DNA from: a virus
Virus record (IMG/VR): IMGVR_UViG_3300045988_179273
Length of the DNA stretch: 47,334 nt
Direction: 5' to 3' (one strand)
The notes under the pieces were generated by a model. The model searched no databases, was not told the origin of the DNA, and saw only the letters and a list, made by a program, of their open reading frames with translations. The position numbers were made by a program, and so were the translations under genes. Shown here in pieces: positions 1 to 8,647 of the stretch (the first letter of the stretch is position 1; every line of letters starts with the position of its first letter).

Positions 1-119
1 CTCGCTAACGCCACAATGAAGGTGTCTTTCCTGACGGCTTACACGGATGCCGTGCGACGGGCCTTCAGTTTGAACATGATGGCAGGCCTTGGAAAGATGA
101 TTAAGAAGTCTTGGGGCGA
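1..119. repeat. Left copy of the 119-nt terminal overlap (identical to 47216-47334)
   Basis: Both ends read ctcgctaacgccacaatgaaggtgtc...gattaagaagtcttggggcga. The repeat lies inside an uninterrupted reading frame, so it is a circular-assembly overlap, not a gene boundary. Confidence 0.95.
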
Positions 120-1065
120 ATTGGACGAGTTCGATCGTGCGAGACTGACTGACGGCGGAATTACTGAGACAGACTGGAATCTGATGCGACTTGCGGGCAC
201 TGAAACTTACAAGGGTATTGAATTTCTTTCGATGGAAAAGATGAAGAGTCTAGGCAAGGTTGAAGGTGTGGATGACTCTGACGTGCTCAATTTGCCGTCC
301 AAAGTAATCGGATTCGTTGTCAAAGAATCAGAAATAGCCTCAATGAACCCTGACCTTGTTACTCGGGCAGAAACCACCCGCGGAACGCAGAAAGGAACAA
401 TCGGTGGCGAAGTGGCGCGCAGCCTGTTCCTGTTCAAGAGCTTCCCTCTGGCGATGATGGAAAAGCATTGGCGTCGGGCGATGTTCCTGCAACAGCATGC
501 CGGGAATGCACAAATGGGGCTGTATCTCGCCGAGATGGCTATTTGGACAACAGTCTTCGGTGCTATTTCTCTGCAGGTGCAAAATGCTCTGAACGGCAAG
601 GATTTACAGGACGTCAGCGATTCTCAGTTTTGGCTCGGCGCAATGGCCAAAGGCGGCGGACTCGGCTTTCTGGGTGATTATCTTGCCTACGGTATCGGAG
701 AGGATTCTATGTACGGCGCCATGTCGGGCGCAGCCAACATTCTCGGTCCGGTTGCCGGGTCAATCATCGGAGCATCAGACGTTGCGCTCAGCGCGACTAA
801 GAATGCCATTTACGACAAGAAGACAAAGCCTGGAGCCAAGGCTACACGTTTCCTTCGTCAGCACATGCCGTTTGTGAATACGTGGTACGCTGCAACGGCA
901 ATCGACCGCTGGGTAATGGACGATTTACAAGAGATTTTGTCGCCTGGTTACAACCGTGCCAAGATGTCTCGCCAGCGTCGTGGCACAGGACAAGGGTATT
1001 GGTGGGAGCCCGGCGAGGCTTTGCCCGAGCGCGGCATCGAAATGGCGGACAAACCGAAGAAATAA
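1..1065 (+). CDS. 3' part of a wrap-around gene for a large virion-internal/ejection-type protein (continues from 45752; about 842 aa on the circle)
   Basis: ORF 16..1065 is in the same frame as the open frame from ATG 45752 once 47216 = 1, with no stop between. It is the last gene of the portal-proximal plus-strand block. Function is inferred from position and size only. Confidence 0.7.
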   Translation, partial: LANATMKVSFLTAYTDAVRRAFSLNMMAGLGKMIKKSWGELDEFDRARLTDGGITETDWNLMRLAGTETYKGIEFLSMEKMKSLGKVEGVDDSDVLNLPSKVIGFVVKESEIASMNPDLVTRAETTRGTQKGTIGGEVARSLFLFKSFPLAMMEKHWRRAMFLQQHAGNAQMGLYLAEMAIWTTVFGAISLQVQNALNGKDLQDVSDSQFWLGAMAKGGGLGFLGDYLAYGIGEDSMYGAMSGAANILGPVAGSIIGASDVALSATKNAIYDKKTKPGAKATRFLRQHMPFVNTWYAATAIDRWVMDDLQEILSPGYNRAKMSRQRRGTGQGYWWEPGEALPERGIEMADKPKK

Positions 1066-1088
1066 GAGAAATTATCCAACTCTCCACT

Positions 1089-1111
1089 GCCCCCTGTTTT
1101 GGGGGCATTTT
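1089..1111 (+). terminator. Rho-independent terminator after the ejection-protein block
   Basis: Hairpin gccccc-tgtttt-gggggc followed by atttt, 24 nt after the stop at 1065. Confidence 0.7.
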
Positions 1112-1432
1112 CGTGTGGACCAGAGCATGGACCACGGTTATTAATAGGAACAAATGCTTTTAAATCAATGGCAATTGTCGGACACCGCTTCCGCCACCAG
1201 CCCTGTTTTTTGCCCTGAAACCACCCTGACGCAACCCTGACAGAACATAGACCTTTCTATGGTCCGAAGCCACTTTTGCATTTAAATACAGGCTTAGACG
1301 TGACTTTTCCTGTTTACTACCCTGACAGAATTTGAAAATGCACTGCCATTTCGTGTACAGTGCTATGTCACCAATGGATATGGACTTTTATATGGACCTT
1401 TTCTGAACGATGAAAAAGTCCATACGCCGACC
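1112..1432. other. Candidate attP / integrase arm-site region
   Basis: Non-coding gap directly upstream of int. The 12-mer accctgacagaa occurs at 1234 and 1319 (plus accctgac at 1223). tatggacYtttt occurs at 1379 and 1391, with an inverted copy at 1414-1424. Further tggacc/ggtcc motifs sit at 1115, 1128 and 1260. Confidence 0.45.
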
Positions 1433-2632
1433 ATGAAAATTACACAGAAAACTCTTGCCGAATTGCCTGAAGGCATTCACCTGATTGAGGAAAACTTTTA
1501 CATCCGAGTTCGTGGAAATAAGCGGTACTTCTTCTTTGCTTACCGGAAAGACGGACGCAGAAAAGAAATCGGACTCGGCGGCATCAAGCGAACGTCGTTT
1601 GCTCTTGCCAGAGAAAAAGCAACGAAGCTCCGGCTGGACCTCATGAGCGGTAAAGAGCCATGCCTGGAAGAAAAGCCTGTTGCGTCCGGACGGACTTTCA
1701 ACGAGATCTATAAGGAAGCCATTGCGACTACGGATGACGTCAAGCGCTGGAAGAATGAAAAGCATCGGCGTCAATGGTATTCGTCAATTGAGACCTACGC
1801 CTGCCCGATTATCGGGAAGAAGAGAATTAATGAAATTAAGCGCGACGATATCATCGCCGTTTTAAAGCCAATTTGGACCACAAAGAACGAAACGGCCGCT
1901 CGCGTTCGCTCTCGTTTAGAGCGCATCTTTTCTTACGCAATCTTCAAGGGCGAGTATTCCGGACCGAACCCGGCCGTGTACCGTGACAATCTTGAAATGG
2001 TTTTTGCGCCCAAAGCCAAAGTCCGTGCCGTTAAGCACATGGAGGCTTTGACGCTACAAGAGGCTCAGCGATACGTTGCCTATGGTGTTGCATCGGGGAC
2101 GATGGGGCATCTGGCGACTGTCTTCGGGATGCTGACGGCGTTGCGTGCCAATGAATTTATTCGGGCACGATGGGAAGAGATTGACTTAGATAATGCCTTG
2201 TGGATCGTTCCGCCGGAGCGACGAAAGATTGCCCGAGACTTCCCGATGCGAGTTCCGCTCTCGGAGCAGGCGTGCGCTGTTCTAAAGCACCTAGCACAAA
2301 CCCTTAAGGGTAAACCCGTAGGGTATGTCTTTTATAGTGAAACGGCTGCCAGCGGACACATTTCTCTGGAAACCCCGAGGATAATGCTGAGAAAGGTCTT
2401 GAAGCGCTCCGTCACAATGCATGGCTGTCGGAGCACCTTCCGAGATTGGGCCGAGGAAACAGGGCAAAACCCGACGGCAACGGAGCGCTGTTTAATGCAT
2501 GAAGAACCAAACAAAACGACGCGGGCCTATCAGCGCAGCGACCTGTTAGAAAAAAGGCGTCCACTCATGCAAGCATGGGCAGACGCCATTTTCCCGAAGG
2601 TTTTAATTAAACTAATTCAAGAACCGACGTAA
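1433..2632 (+). CDS. int: Tyrosine integrase (P4-like, with N-terminal arm-binding-type region)
   Basis: 399-aa ORF. C-terminal catalytic pattern: LTALRANEF (Arg), HGCRSTFRDWA (His-x-x-Arg), TRAYQRSD (Tyr). The N-terminus IHLIEENFYIRVRGNKRYFFFAYRKDGRRKEIGLG resembles phage-integrase arm-binding domains. Confidence 0.9.
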   Translation: MKITQKTLAELPEGIHLIEENFYIRVRGNKRYFFFAYRKDGRRKEIGLGGIKRTSFALAREKATKLRLDLMSGKEPCLEEKPVASGRTFNEIYKEAIATTDDVKRWKNEKHRRQWYSSIETYACPIIGKKRINEIKRDDIIAVLKPIWTTKNETAARVRSRLERIFSYAIFKGEYSGPNPAVYRDNLEMVFAPKAKVRAVKHMEALTLQEAQRYVAYGVASGTMGHLATVFGMLTALRANEFIRARWEEIDLDNALWIVPPERRKIARDFPMRVPLSEQACAVLKHLAQTLKGKPVGYVFYSETAASGHISLETPRIMLRKVLKRSVTMHGCRSTFRDWAEETGQNPTATERCLMHEEPNKTTRAYQRSDLLEKRRPLMQAWADAIFPKVLIKLIQEPT

Positions 2633-5261
2633 GCGAAACAACCTTCAAGGGCAAGGGATTGGCTTGCCGGATACAGACTTGTCCGTTCGAATTCCATTGG
2701 GGCGATACTTCAACCCCAAGGGCATCTGTCGTCGGTTGCGGAGGTGTGCCGGCATATTCCGTAGAGCGCGCAGGGAATTCCTCAAGCTTGTCAAACGAAG
2801 GACCGGCAGAAAAGCCTGATGTATTGACGACGCGCAATTCAACTGAACGCACATTCTTTTTGTGAGCACTCCCATAGGAGCCGTCAGCAAGGCCTCCGAT
2901 AGCAATCGGTAGTGTTTCCATATCTGCGTTGTAGGGTAAGCCGATGTGAACAATGGACGCAGCCTTTTCGAGAACAATCTTGCCATTCGTGACCTTCTGG
3001 GGAGGCTCAACTCCGCCGTCGGCAAGAATACTCACGGTTTCCCCTTCGAGCCAAGAGATGCCCGTAATTTCTGTCTTCGGCGTTCCGCGGTATGTTCCGG
3101 CGCAGTCTACGTGCATTGTTTCTTCGAGGCTTGTCCATTTGATTTCGTGCATGCGCTCAACGAACCGCTTGATTTGGCCGTTGATGGTGCGTCTAACAAC
3201 AACGTAGAGAATATCCTCTTCGTCCTCAGAAACGACGGCACAAGATTCGAACACGCCTTGGGTTTCAATGGAGGCGAACCCTCCGACCTGCTGTTCCGGA
3301 ATGTAGGTGAAGGCAATCAAGTTTCCCTTGGACGAAATGGCCCAAACAATGGGGAATGGAGCTTTACCGAATGCAAGGTCCAGAATCTCCAGATTGTCAA
3401 AAAGGTGATTGGCGCGCACACACACATCGTTTGTGATGAATCCGCCGGCCTCGTAGGAATATCCGCATTCGCGCAAATGGCCTCCACGTCCGGCTGCGTA
3501 CAAACAAGAATTGTTCACGACAACAGGCTGAACGGAATTACACCCGATATAAGATTGCGGACGGACAGACATAGATGAGGGAGTAATAGCATCGTTATTC
3601 ATCGGGCTAACGCGCCATTCCGCCGAGCCTGTTAAAAGAATCAAGTGCGAGAGCGGGACAAAGTGCTGAATACGGTTTGCCTCTCGCGCCGCGACGCGCA
3701 CGGCAATGCGATCATCATCTTGCGTCGGGAGCGAGTACGACATATCCGATTCTGTGCCCGACTTTGTAGCCCAGATGTTGTTCGGGCGCGAGGGCGTTCC
3801 GCCGAACCATCTGCGCTGTTCAAAATGAGCCACTGCACCCGGATAATCGCCTGCCGTTCCGGTAGAGGCTGTAGCGCTTGCGCCTGAGCCTTCAGTTGCC
3901 GAAATAACGACCGTGGGCGACGTGTAGCCACTTCCTCCCTTCAAAACATTGATGGCCACAATCTTTCCGTCCGAAACTACAGCCTTGAGTTCGGCACCAG
4001 TTCCGGTGCTGTCGGTTACCCAAACTTGAGGCAAGAGAGTGGTTGTCGGCAGGTCTAAGGTCTTTTTCTGCTTATCCGGCGACAGCCAAATGCTTCCGAC
4101 TGCTTTTGGGTCTATTTCAACTTTTGGTTTTTTGTAGCCTTTGCCCGGATTGGTTACTGTAACACCTGAGATAAAGAGGTGCTGTATTTGGTAGGTTTCA
4201 CTGTTATCGCCATCTCCGCCGATTTCTTCTGTTTTGGTTTCGGTCCATTTTTTAAACACGACCGTAGCCGTCGCACCGCTTCCGTAATTCTTTTCGTCGT
4301 AGATACGAGCCGTCGGCGTTCCGAACGGAATACTCCCTCGATATGAATACTGAATAGAAAGCCCTGTAATCGAGCCTACTCCACTGTCTAAGTTTGAATA
4401 CCCACTACCACCATTTGTCACGGTTACGGACGTGATGCCTTTGCTCAAATAGAACGGGTCATCGTATCGCGGGGGAGTAATTGAGGCATCAGGGTCAATA
4501 TTTTCATCGATGATGGACAGTTCGTTTGTTTGTCCAATGTAGCACCACACGCCCCCTTGATCACGGTAAACTCGGTACATGCCTGCGCCCAGGACGGCAG
4601 TCCATGTGATTGTGTTGTATGCACCTGAGCCGAAGGGATTGCACTTAATCGCCGTTGCGGCACCGATTGATGATTCGCTCGTGCCGTCGGCGTAAAGGGC
4701 GGTTACAGCGTACTTGCGTGTGTAGTCCTCCTTGTTCGTCACCTCGCTATTGATGCTTTGAACAACTGTGGGAGCACTGGGAGGCGAAAGTGGGCTTGTA
4801 AATGACGGAATAACAAGACGCCAATCGGTAGGGCCATAGCGACGCAATTCTCTCGGCGCGTAGCTTGGATGCACGAGCGTGATGATGTCGCCGGACTGAT
4901 CGTAGTGAATATCGAAAACATCATCTGCGTCATATGGCGAGACAACCTCATACGGAGTGCCGTCTTCTTTTAAAAGCGTCTGGCCTGCCGTGTGGAACCG
5001 AATGTATTTGTCGCCGAATTCCAAAACCATTGCCTGCGTTGTGGAAAACGTAAATGGTAACAGTCGAGTTTTTTTGTCTGCGTACTTAGTCGAATTTACG
5101 TGCTGAAAGCCCGGGCGAGCAACAGCCGGGCCTCGTGGGTCAATCAAGAAATTTACGCACTTAGCCAAGCCGGATTGATACTTCGGGTCCGCAGCGCGTC
5201 CGTACATTTCAGGCGAAATTTCGCCGCCATTAAATGCCTGCTGATAGAGTCTGAAAGCCAT
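2607..5261 (-). CDS. Tail hub/nozzle-like structural protein (resembles the 'phage stabilisation protein' family of podoviruses)
   Basis: 884-aa ORF with SD gagg upstream. N-terminus MAFRLYQQAFNGGEISPEMYGR. FN3-like segment (YAVTALYADGTSES..ITWTAV..YRVYRD). Last gene of the head operon. Its 3' end overlaps the int 3' end by 26 nt. Confidence 0.55.
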   Translation of the reverse strand: MAFRLYQQAFNGGEISPEMYGRAADPKYQSGLAKCVNFLIDPRGPAVARPGFQHVNSTKYADKKTRLLPFTFSTTQAMVLEFGDKYIRFHTAGQTLLKEDGTPYEVVSPYDADDVFDIHYDQSGDIITLVHPSYAPRELRRYGPTDWRLVIPSFTSPLSPPSAPTVVQSINSEVTNKEDYTRKYAVTALYADGTSESSIGAATAIKCNPFGSGAYNTITWTAVLGAGMYRVYRDQGGVWCYIGQTNELSIIDENIDPDASITPPRYDDPFYLSKGITSVTVTNGGSGYSNLDSGVGSITGLSIQYSYRGSIPFGTPTARIYDEKNYGSGATATVVFKKWTETKTEEIGGDGDNSETYQIQHLFISGVTVTNPGKGYKKPKVEIDPKAVGSIWLSPDKQKKTLDLPTTTLLPQVWVTDSTGTGAELKAVVSDGKIVAINVLKGGSGYTSPTVVISATEGSGASATASTGTAGDYPGAVAHFEQRRWFGGTPSRPNNIWATKSGTESDMSYSLPTQDDDRIAVRVAAREANRIQHFVPLSHLILLTGSAEWRVSPMNNDAITPSSMSVRPQSYIGCNSVQPVVVNNSCLYAAGRGGHLRECGYSYEAGGFITNDVCVRANHLFDNLEILDLAFGKAPFPIVWAISSKGNLIAFTYIPEQQVGGFASIETQGVFESCAVVSEDEEDILYVVVRRTINGQIKRFVERMHEIKWTSLEETMHVDCAGTYRGTPKTEITGISWLEGETVSILADGGVEPPQKVTNGKIVLEKAASIVHIGLPYNADMETLPIAIGGLADGSYGSAHKKNVRSVELRVVNTSGFSAGPSFDKLEEFPARSTEYAGTPPQPTTDALGVEVSPQWNSNGQVCIRQANPLPLKVVSLTSVLELV

Positions 5262-5264
5262 TTA

Positions 5265-5897
5265 TTAAACCTCCCGCGATTTAATCACATTCGGGATGCG
5301 CTTCTCTCGGCGATGCATTGAAGATTCTGCGTCAAGGTTTTTTGCCCGAGAAAGGGCGCTTTCGTAGAGTTTGAGTAAGTTCTGACCAGCCTGACTCGTT
5401 GTGTCAGCACGCTTGACAGGTCCATATAGATATGTTGCCAACAGTGGAACAAGGCAATCGATGAAATATCCAGGAAACAATTCGGGCGTTTCAACGTTGA
5501 CGATATACGTCAGCACAGGGTCTTTGATGTCGGTAAAGAGCGCACGCCTGGCGTTCTTATCAACGATGGCCATTTCATACGCATAGAAACGCTCAGGGCG
5601 ATTCTCGGAAAGGTCTTCGTAGGATTGAAGGTTCAGAATCTTCAGGCAGTTGGACGGGATTGCGAATGCGTGGTCTTTGCCGTACAGACGAGCGTCAACG
5701 TTGCTCATTTCCGTCGGGCGGACACGTAGCGTTGCAAAGGACCAGCCGTGGCGTTCAAGAACGGTGCGCAATGCAATCGGATACCATTTGGCACAGTGCC
5801 CGGCCTGTACGCCTTCCGGCGGATTAATGGAAGTGACTTCGGCGGAATCCCCTAGCAGAGAAAGCGCCATGTTGCAGATATCAACTGAGGATGCCAT
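5265..5897 (-). CDS. Head-tail adaptor / tail tubular A-like protein
   Basis: 210-aa ORF between the decoration-like and nozzle-like genes. N-terminal DICNMALSLLGDS motif recalled from podovirus adaptor proteins. Assignment is by position and motif only. Confidence 0.5.
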   Translation of the reverse strand: MASSVDICNMALSLLGDSAEVTSINPPEGVQAGHCAKWYPIALRTVLERHGWSFATLRVRPTEMSNVDARLYGKDHAFAIPSNCLKILNLQSYEDLSENRPERFYAYEMAIVDKNARRALFTDIKDPVLTYIVNVETPELFPGYFIDCLVPLLATYLYGPVKRADTTSQAGQNLLKLYESALSRAKNLDAESSMHRREKRIPNVIKSREV

Positions 5898-5973
5898 TTT
5901 CTTATTTCCAAAAAGAAGGGGGAGCGGTTTGACCGTTCCCCCAGTGCGTTACTTTAACTAAGGAAAATGTGAA

Positions 5974-6402
5974 TTAGTCGATTGTCGCAAGGATGTCGTA
6001 ACCGACGGCCTTGATGTTGCGAACAAGCTCAAATTCATTGTGCAAAACAGCCTTAACCAGCGTGCCTGCAACCGTGTTGGAATCCGTGGCCGTGACGGTC
6101 GTAGCCAAGCGCACATAGCGCTTATGTTGCAAGGGCAACGGAATGGCCATGTTTGCCGGAATCTTGCCAGCAGTCAGCGTGAACGAAACCGCGTCCGTGA
6201 AAGTGGAATTGTCGTCCGAGTCCTGAATCTTGAACGTCACAGAGCCGGCTCCCGCTGCGTCTTTTGTAAAGAGCAGCGCATAGAACGGGGGCTTTAAAGC
6301 ACCCAATCCAGGCTTTTCCTGACCAAGGTCAACCGCCGTGCCGGTAACCGTCGTGCCGAGTCCTTTGTTCTCGGCTAAAGAAAGCAATTCGTCGTAAACC
6401 AT
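5974..6402 (-). CDS. Small capsid decoration/cement-like protein
   Basis: 142-aa ORF immediately downstream of the major capsid gene, with SD ggagga. Beta-rich composition. Resembles the Bbp16-type cement protein position in BPP-1-like heads (recollection only). Confidence 0.45.
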   Translation of the reverse strand: MVYDELLSLAENKGLGTTVTGTAVDLGQEKPGLGALKPPFYALLFTKDAAGAGSVTFKIQDSDDNSTFTDAVSFTLTAGKIPANMAIPLPLQHKRYVRLATTVTATDSNTVAGTLVKAVLHNEFELVRNIKAVGYDILATID

Positions 6403-6424
6403 TTTTCAAATCCTCCGCATTAAC

Positions 6425-7468
6425 TTACGAGAGAGAAAGAACCGGATTGGTGTTCGTCAGAACATCCGAGCCGAGCTTGTGGACCGGAATGCCATCCCAA
6501 GCGATAACCTTGCGTCCAGCAATGGTATCGAGGGTAAGCTGCAGGTTGTCTTTGTTGTTAATCTGCCGACGCAAGACAGAAGAGAGCGTGTCGTTCAGAT
6601 AGAACGCGCAGCGGCCCTTGTACTGGTCCGGCAGCAGTTCAACAGCCTGAGTCATCAGGTCAAGCAAGTCAGGCGATCCAGAAGTCTTGTTGGACTTCGA
6701 AAGCTTCGTCGTGTCGATGTTCGCGATACGAACAACCGTGAGCGGGTCGTAAATTGCAAGGCCCAAATCCCAACGGAAGTCGGTGATGAGCTTCCAATAC
6801 TGACGCTGGATTCCACCGGTCGTCTTGTAAGCGCGAATCGGGTCATCGTGAGCTTTGACTTGGAACCCGCCTGTGGAGTCTTCGTTGTGCTGGGGCTTGA
6901 AAAGGTAGTTAAAGGCTGTGTCCCAGCCGATAAGAACGATTTCAGTCTGCTTGTTAGCGGTCGTGCCACCGGCATTAATGATGCGGTCCTTAAAGGCAGG
7001 ATTCGCCGGATTAACGATGTTGAAGAATCCGCGCATCTTGGTCGGGTCGGTAGCCGGGTCACCATAGAAGACGTCACGTACCATGGCCTTCGCAAAGCCG
7101 CGTGCGAACGCCTGGTCACGGCGGAAACGCCATGTATCGCGGTCTTTCGCGGGCTGGTCCATGTATTGGTCGACGTCAATTTCATTGGAGTCAGAACGAC
7201 GTTCGCAGGTGTAGCGAACAGCCGTTCCTTCCGGATTCTCAGCCTTCCAACCTTGGTTGTAGCCGTGGGTTTCGCCTTCCGGATAAACCGTCAGGATTTC
7301 ACCGCGATCGCCCATGCCATCATTGGCGGTCACTAAGGCGGCCTGGTCAAAAAAGGGCATGTAATCACGAATGGTGTGAATAAATACCTTGCGGGCAACG
7401 TCCTTGTCGGAAATAAGTGACTCAAAATCGGCAAGGGAAGTCGGCCCAGTTTTGATAATGTCGGACAT
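6425..7468 (-). CDS. Major capsid protein
   Basis: ORF 6425..7483; start chosen at ATG 7468, preceded by ggaggaatttaaa. 347 aa, directly downstream of the scaffold-like gene, with typical size and order for an HK97-fold MCP. Confidence 0.75.
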   Translation of the reverse strand: MSDIIKTGPTSLADFESLISDKDVARKVFIHTIRDYMPFFDQAALVTANDGMGDRGEILTVYPEGETHGYNQGWKAENPEGTAVRYTCERRSDSNEIDVDQYMDQPAKDRDTWRFRRDQAFARGFAKAMVRDVFYGDPATDPTKMRGFFNIVNPANPAFKDRIINAGGTTANKQTEIVLIGWDTAFNYLFKPQHNEDSTGGFQVKAHDDPIRAYKTTGGIQRQYWKLITDFRWDLGLAIYDPLTVVRIANIDTTKLSKSNKTSGSPDLLDLMTQAVELLPDQYKGRCAFYLNDTLSSVLRRQINNKDNLQLTLDTIAGRKVIAWDGIPVHKLGSDVLTNTNPVLSLS

Positions 7469-7495
7469 TTTAAATTCCTCCAAAATTAAGGGTTT

Positions 7496-8242
7496 TTATC
7501 GACTGTGATAAATATCTGATGCCGTGAAAGTTTCTTTGCCGCCGGCGTTCCCGCGAGGGAAACCGGCTTCGCCGAATGCTTTCCCGGCTCGTGCCAGAAG
7601 CTTCAAAACTCCAGGATGGTTTCCGGCAGGGGAACTCATGAATTCCGCGATGTCGGGGTCAACCTTCCCGTTAGAGTCGTAGGCGAACTTGTCACGCAGG
7701 CGGGCGATATCGCTCAAGTGGTCCGCAATTTCCGGACATGCTTTCGATTTCTCGGCCCACTCTCTGGACACGTTCTGGATTGTTTCGACCTGTCGCTGGG
7801 CCATTAACGGGGCCAGCTCATCGATAACGCCCTGCGCCTTTTCCTGGCTTAGATTGAGCTTCTTAGCTACCTCACCGAATTGGTTCATGACGGCACCATC
7901 AAGCCGTACCCCTTCGGGTGCTTTAAATGCCTCATATTTCTCCGGGGCGCCTTCATCGGAGGGCTTGTCGGCACCATCCTTTTTGTCGCCTTCCGGGGCT
8001 TCGCCTTCTTCGGCTGTTTTGCCCTGAGCGTCTTGCTGGTCAGAGCTTTCTTTGGCACCATCTTCCGGGCCCTTGTTGACGGCGCTATCTAAAAGCGTCG
8101 CAGGAGGGTTGGTCGCAGGCGCAGCTGTCTTGTCGGACGGCTGAGTCTGTGCCGGAGCGGAAGGCGCCGGATTCTGTACACTCGGTGTGCCGGTATCGTT
8201 TGAATTTTCAGCCGGCGTCGTTGTGTTTAATGCGTCTGTCAT
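7496..8242 (-). CDS. Scaffolding protein
   Basis: 248 aa. Low-complexity P/A/E/K-rich N-terminal half and helical C-terminal half. Lies directly upstream of the capsid gene. Confidence 0.6.
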   Translation of the reverse strand: MTDALNTTTPAENSNDTGTPSVQNPAPSAPAQTQPSDKTAAPATNPPATLLDSAVNKGPEDGAKESSDQQDAQGKTAEEGEAPEGDKKDGADKPSDEGAPEKYEAFKAPEGVRLDGAVMNQFGEVAKKLNLSQEKAQGVIDELAPLMAQRQVETIQNVSREWAEKSKACPEIADHLSDIARLRDKFAYDSNGKVDPDIAEFMSSPAGNHPGVLKLLARAGKAFGEAGFPRGNAGGKETFTASDIYHSR

Positions 8243-8534
8243 GGCTTTCCTTAAGCAGTAATTGATAGGAAACCGGGTCGCAGAGACTTAAGAGACTCAG
8301 GCCCACAGAGCGCCGCCCTTCGTTAAATCCCATCGTGAGGGCATTTGTTGAAAAGGACGGCTGGTTAAGCCCTGTAATGTCAAGAATGATTTCCATGGCC
8401 CGACGGCCTTCAGGCGTGGCCATTACGTAAGCAATGGACTTCCTGATTGCGCGGAGCTTTTGCTCATCCTTTTCCGCTTTCTCAGCAATGGCAGCTTCGA
8501 GCGCGGCCTGGTCAAATGGGTCTCTGTTACTCAT
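8208..8534 (-). CDS. Hypothetical head-operon protein (first gene of the minus-strand structural operon)
   Basis: ORF 8208..8588. Internal ATG 8534 (MSNRDPFDQAALE...) is preferred, but neither start has a good SD. Overlaps the scaffold gene by 35 nt. Confidence 0.5.
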   Translation of the reverse strand: MSNRDPFDQAALEAAIAEKAEKDEQKLRAIRKSIAYVMATPEGRRAMEIILDITGLNQPSFSTNALTMGFNEGRRSVGLSLLSLCDPVSYQLLLKESHDRRIKHNDAG

Positions 8535-8647
8535 GGCGGAAATTTTTTCAAGCGAAAATAGGGATATGGGCACAGGGGGTGTGCGCATGAGTTGACTTTG
8601 GCGGTGGAAAATGCTTGCAACTTTTGATAAAGGAGCGTTTGCAGGCT

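Noticed and set aside
1-119. The 119-nt terminal direct repeat as a physical phage terminal redundancy or cos-type end
   Set aside because: It sits in the middle of a continuous 842-aa reading frame and has no flanking end-like features. A circular-assembly overlap is the simpler explanation.
6479-7336. 285-aa plus-strand ORF
   Set aside because: It lies entirely antisense to the major capsid gene, has an Arg/Val/Gly-rich shadow-ORF composition, and has no SD.
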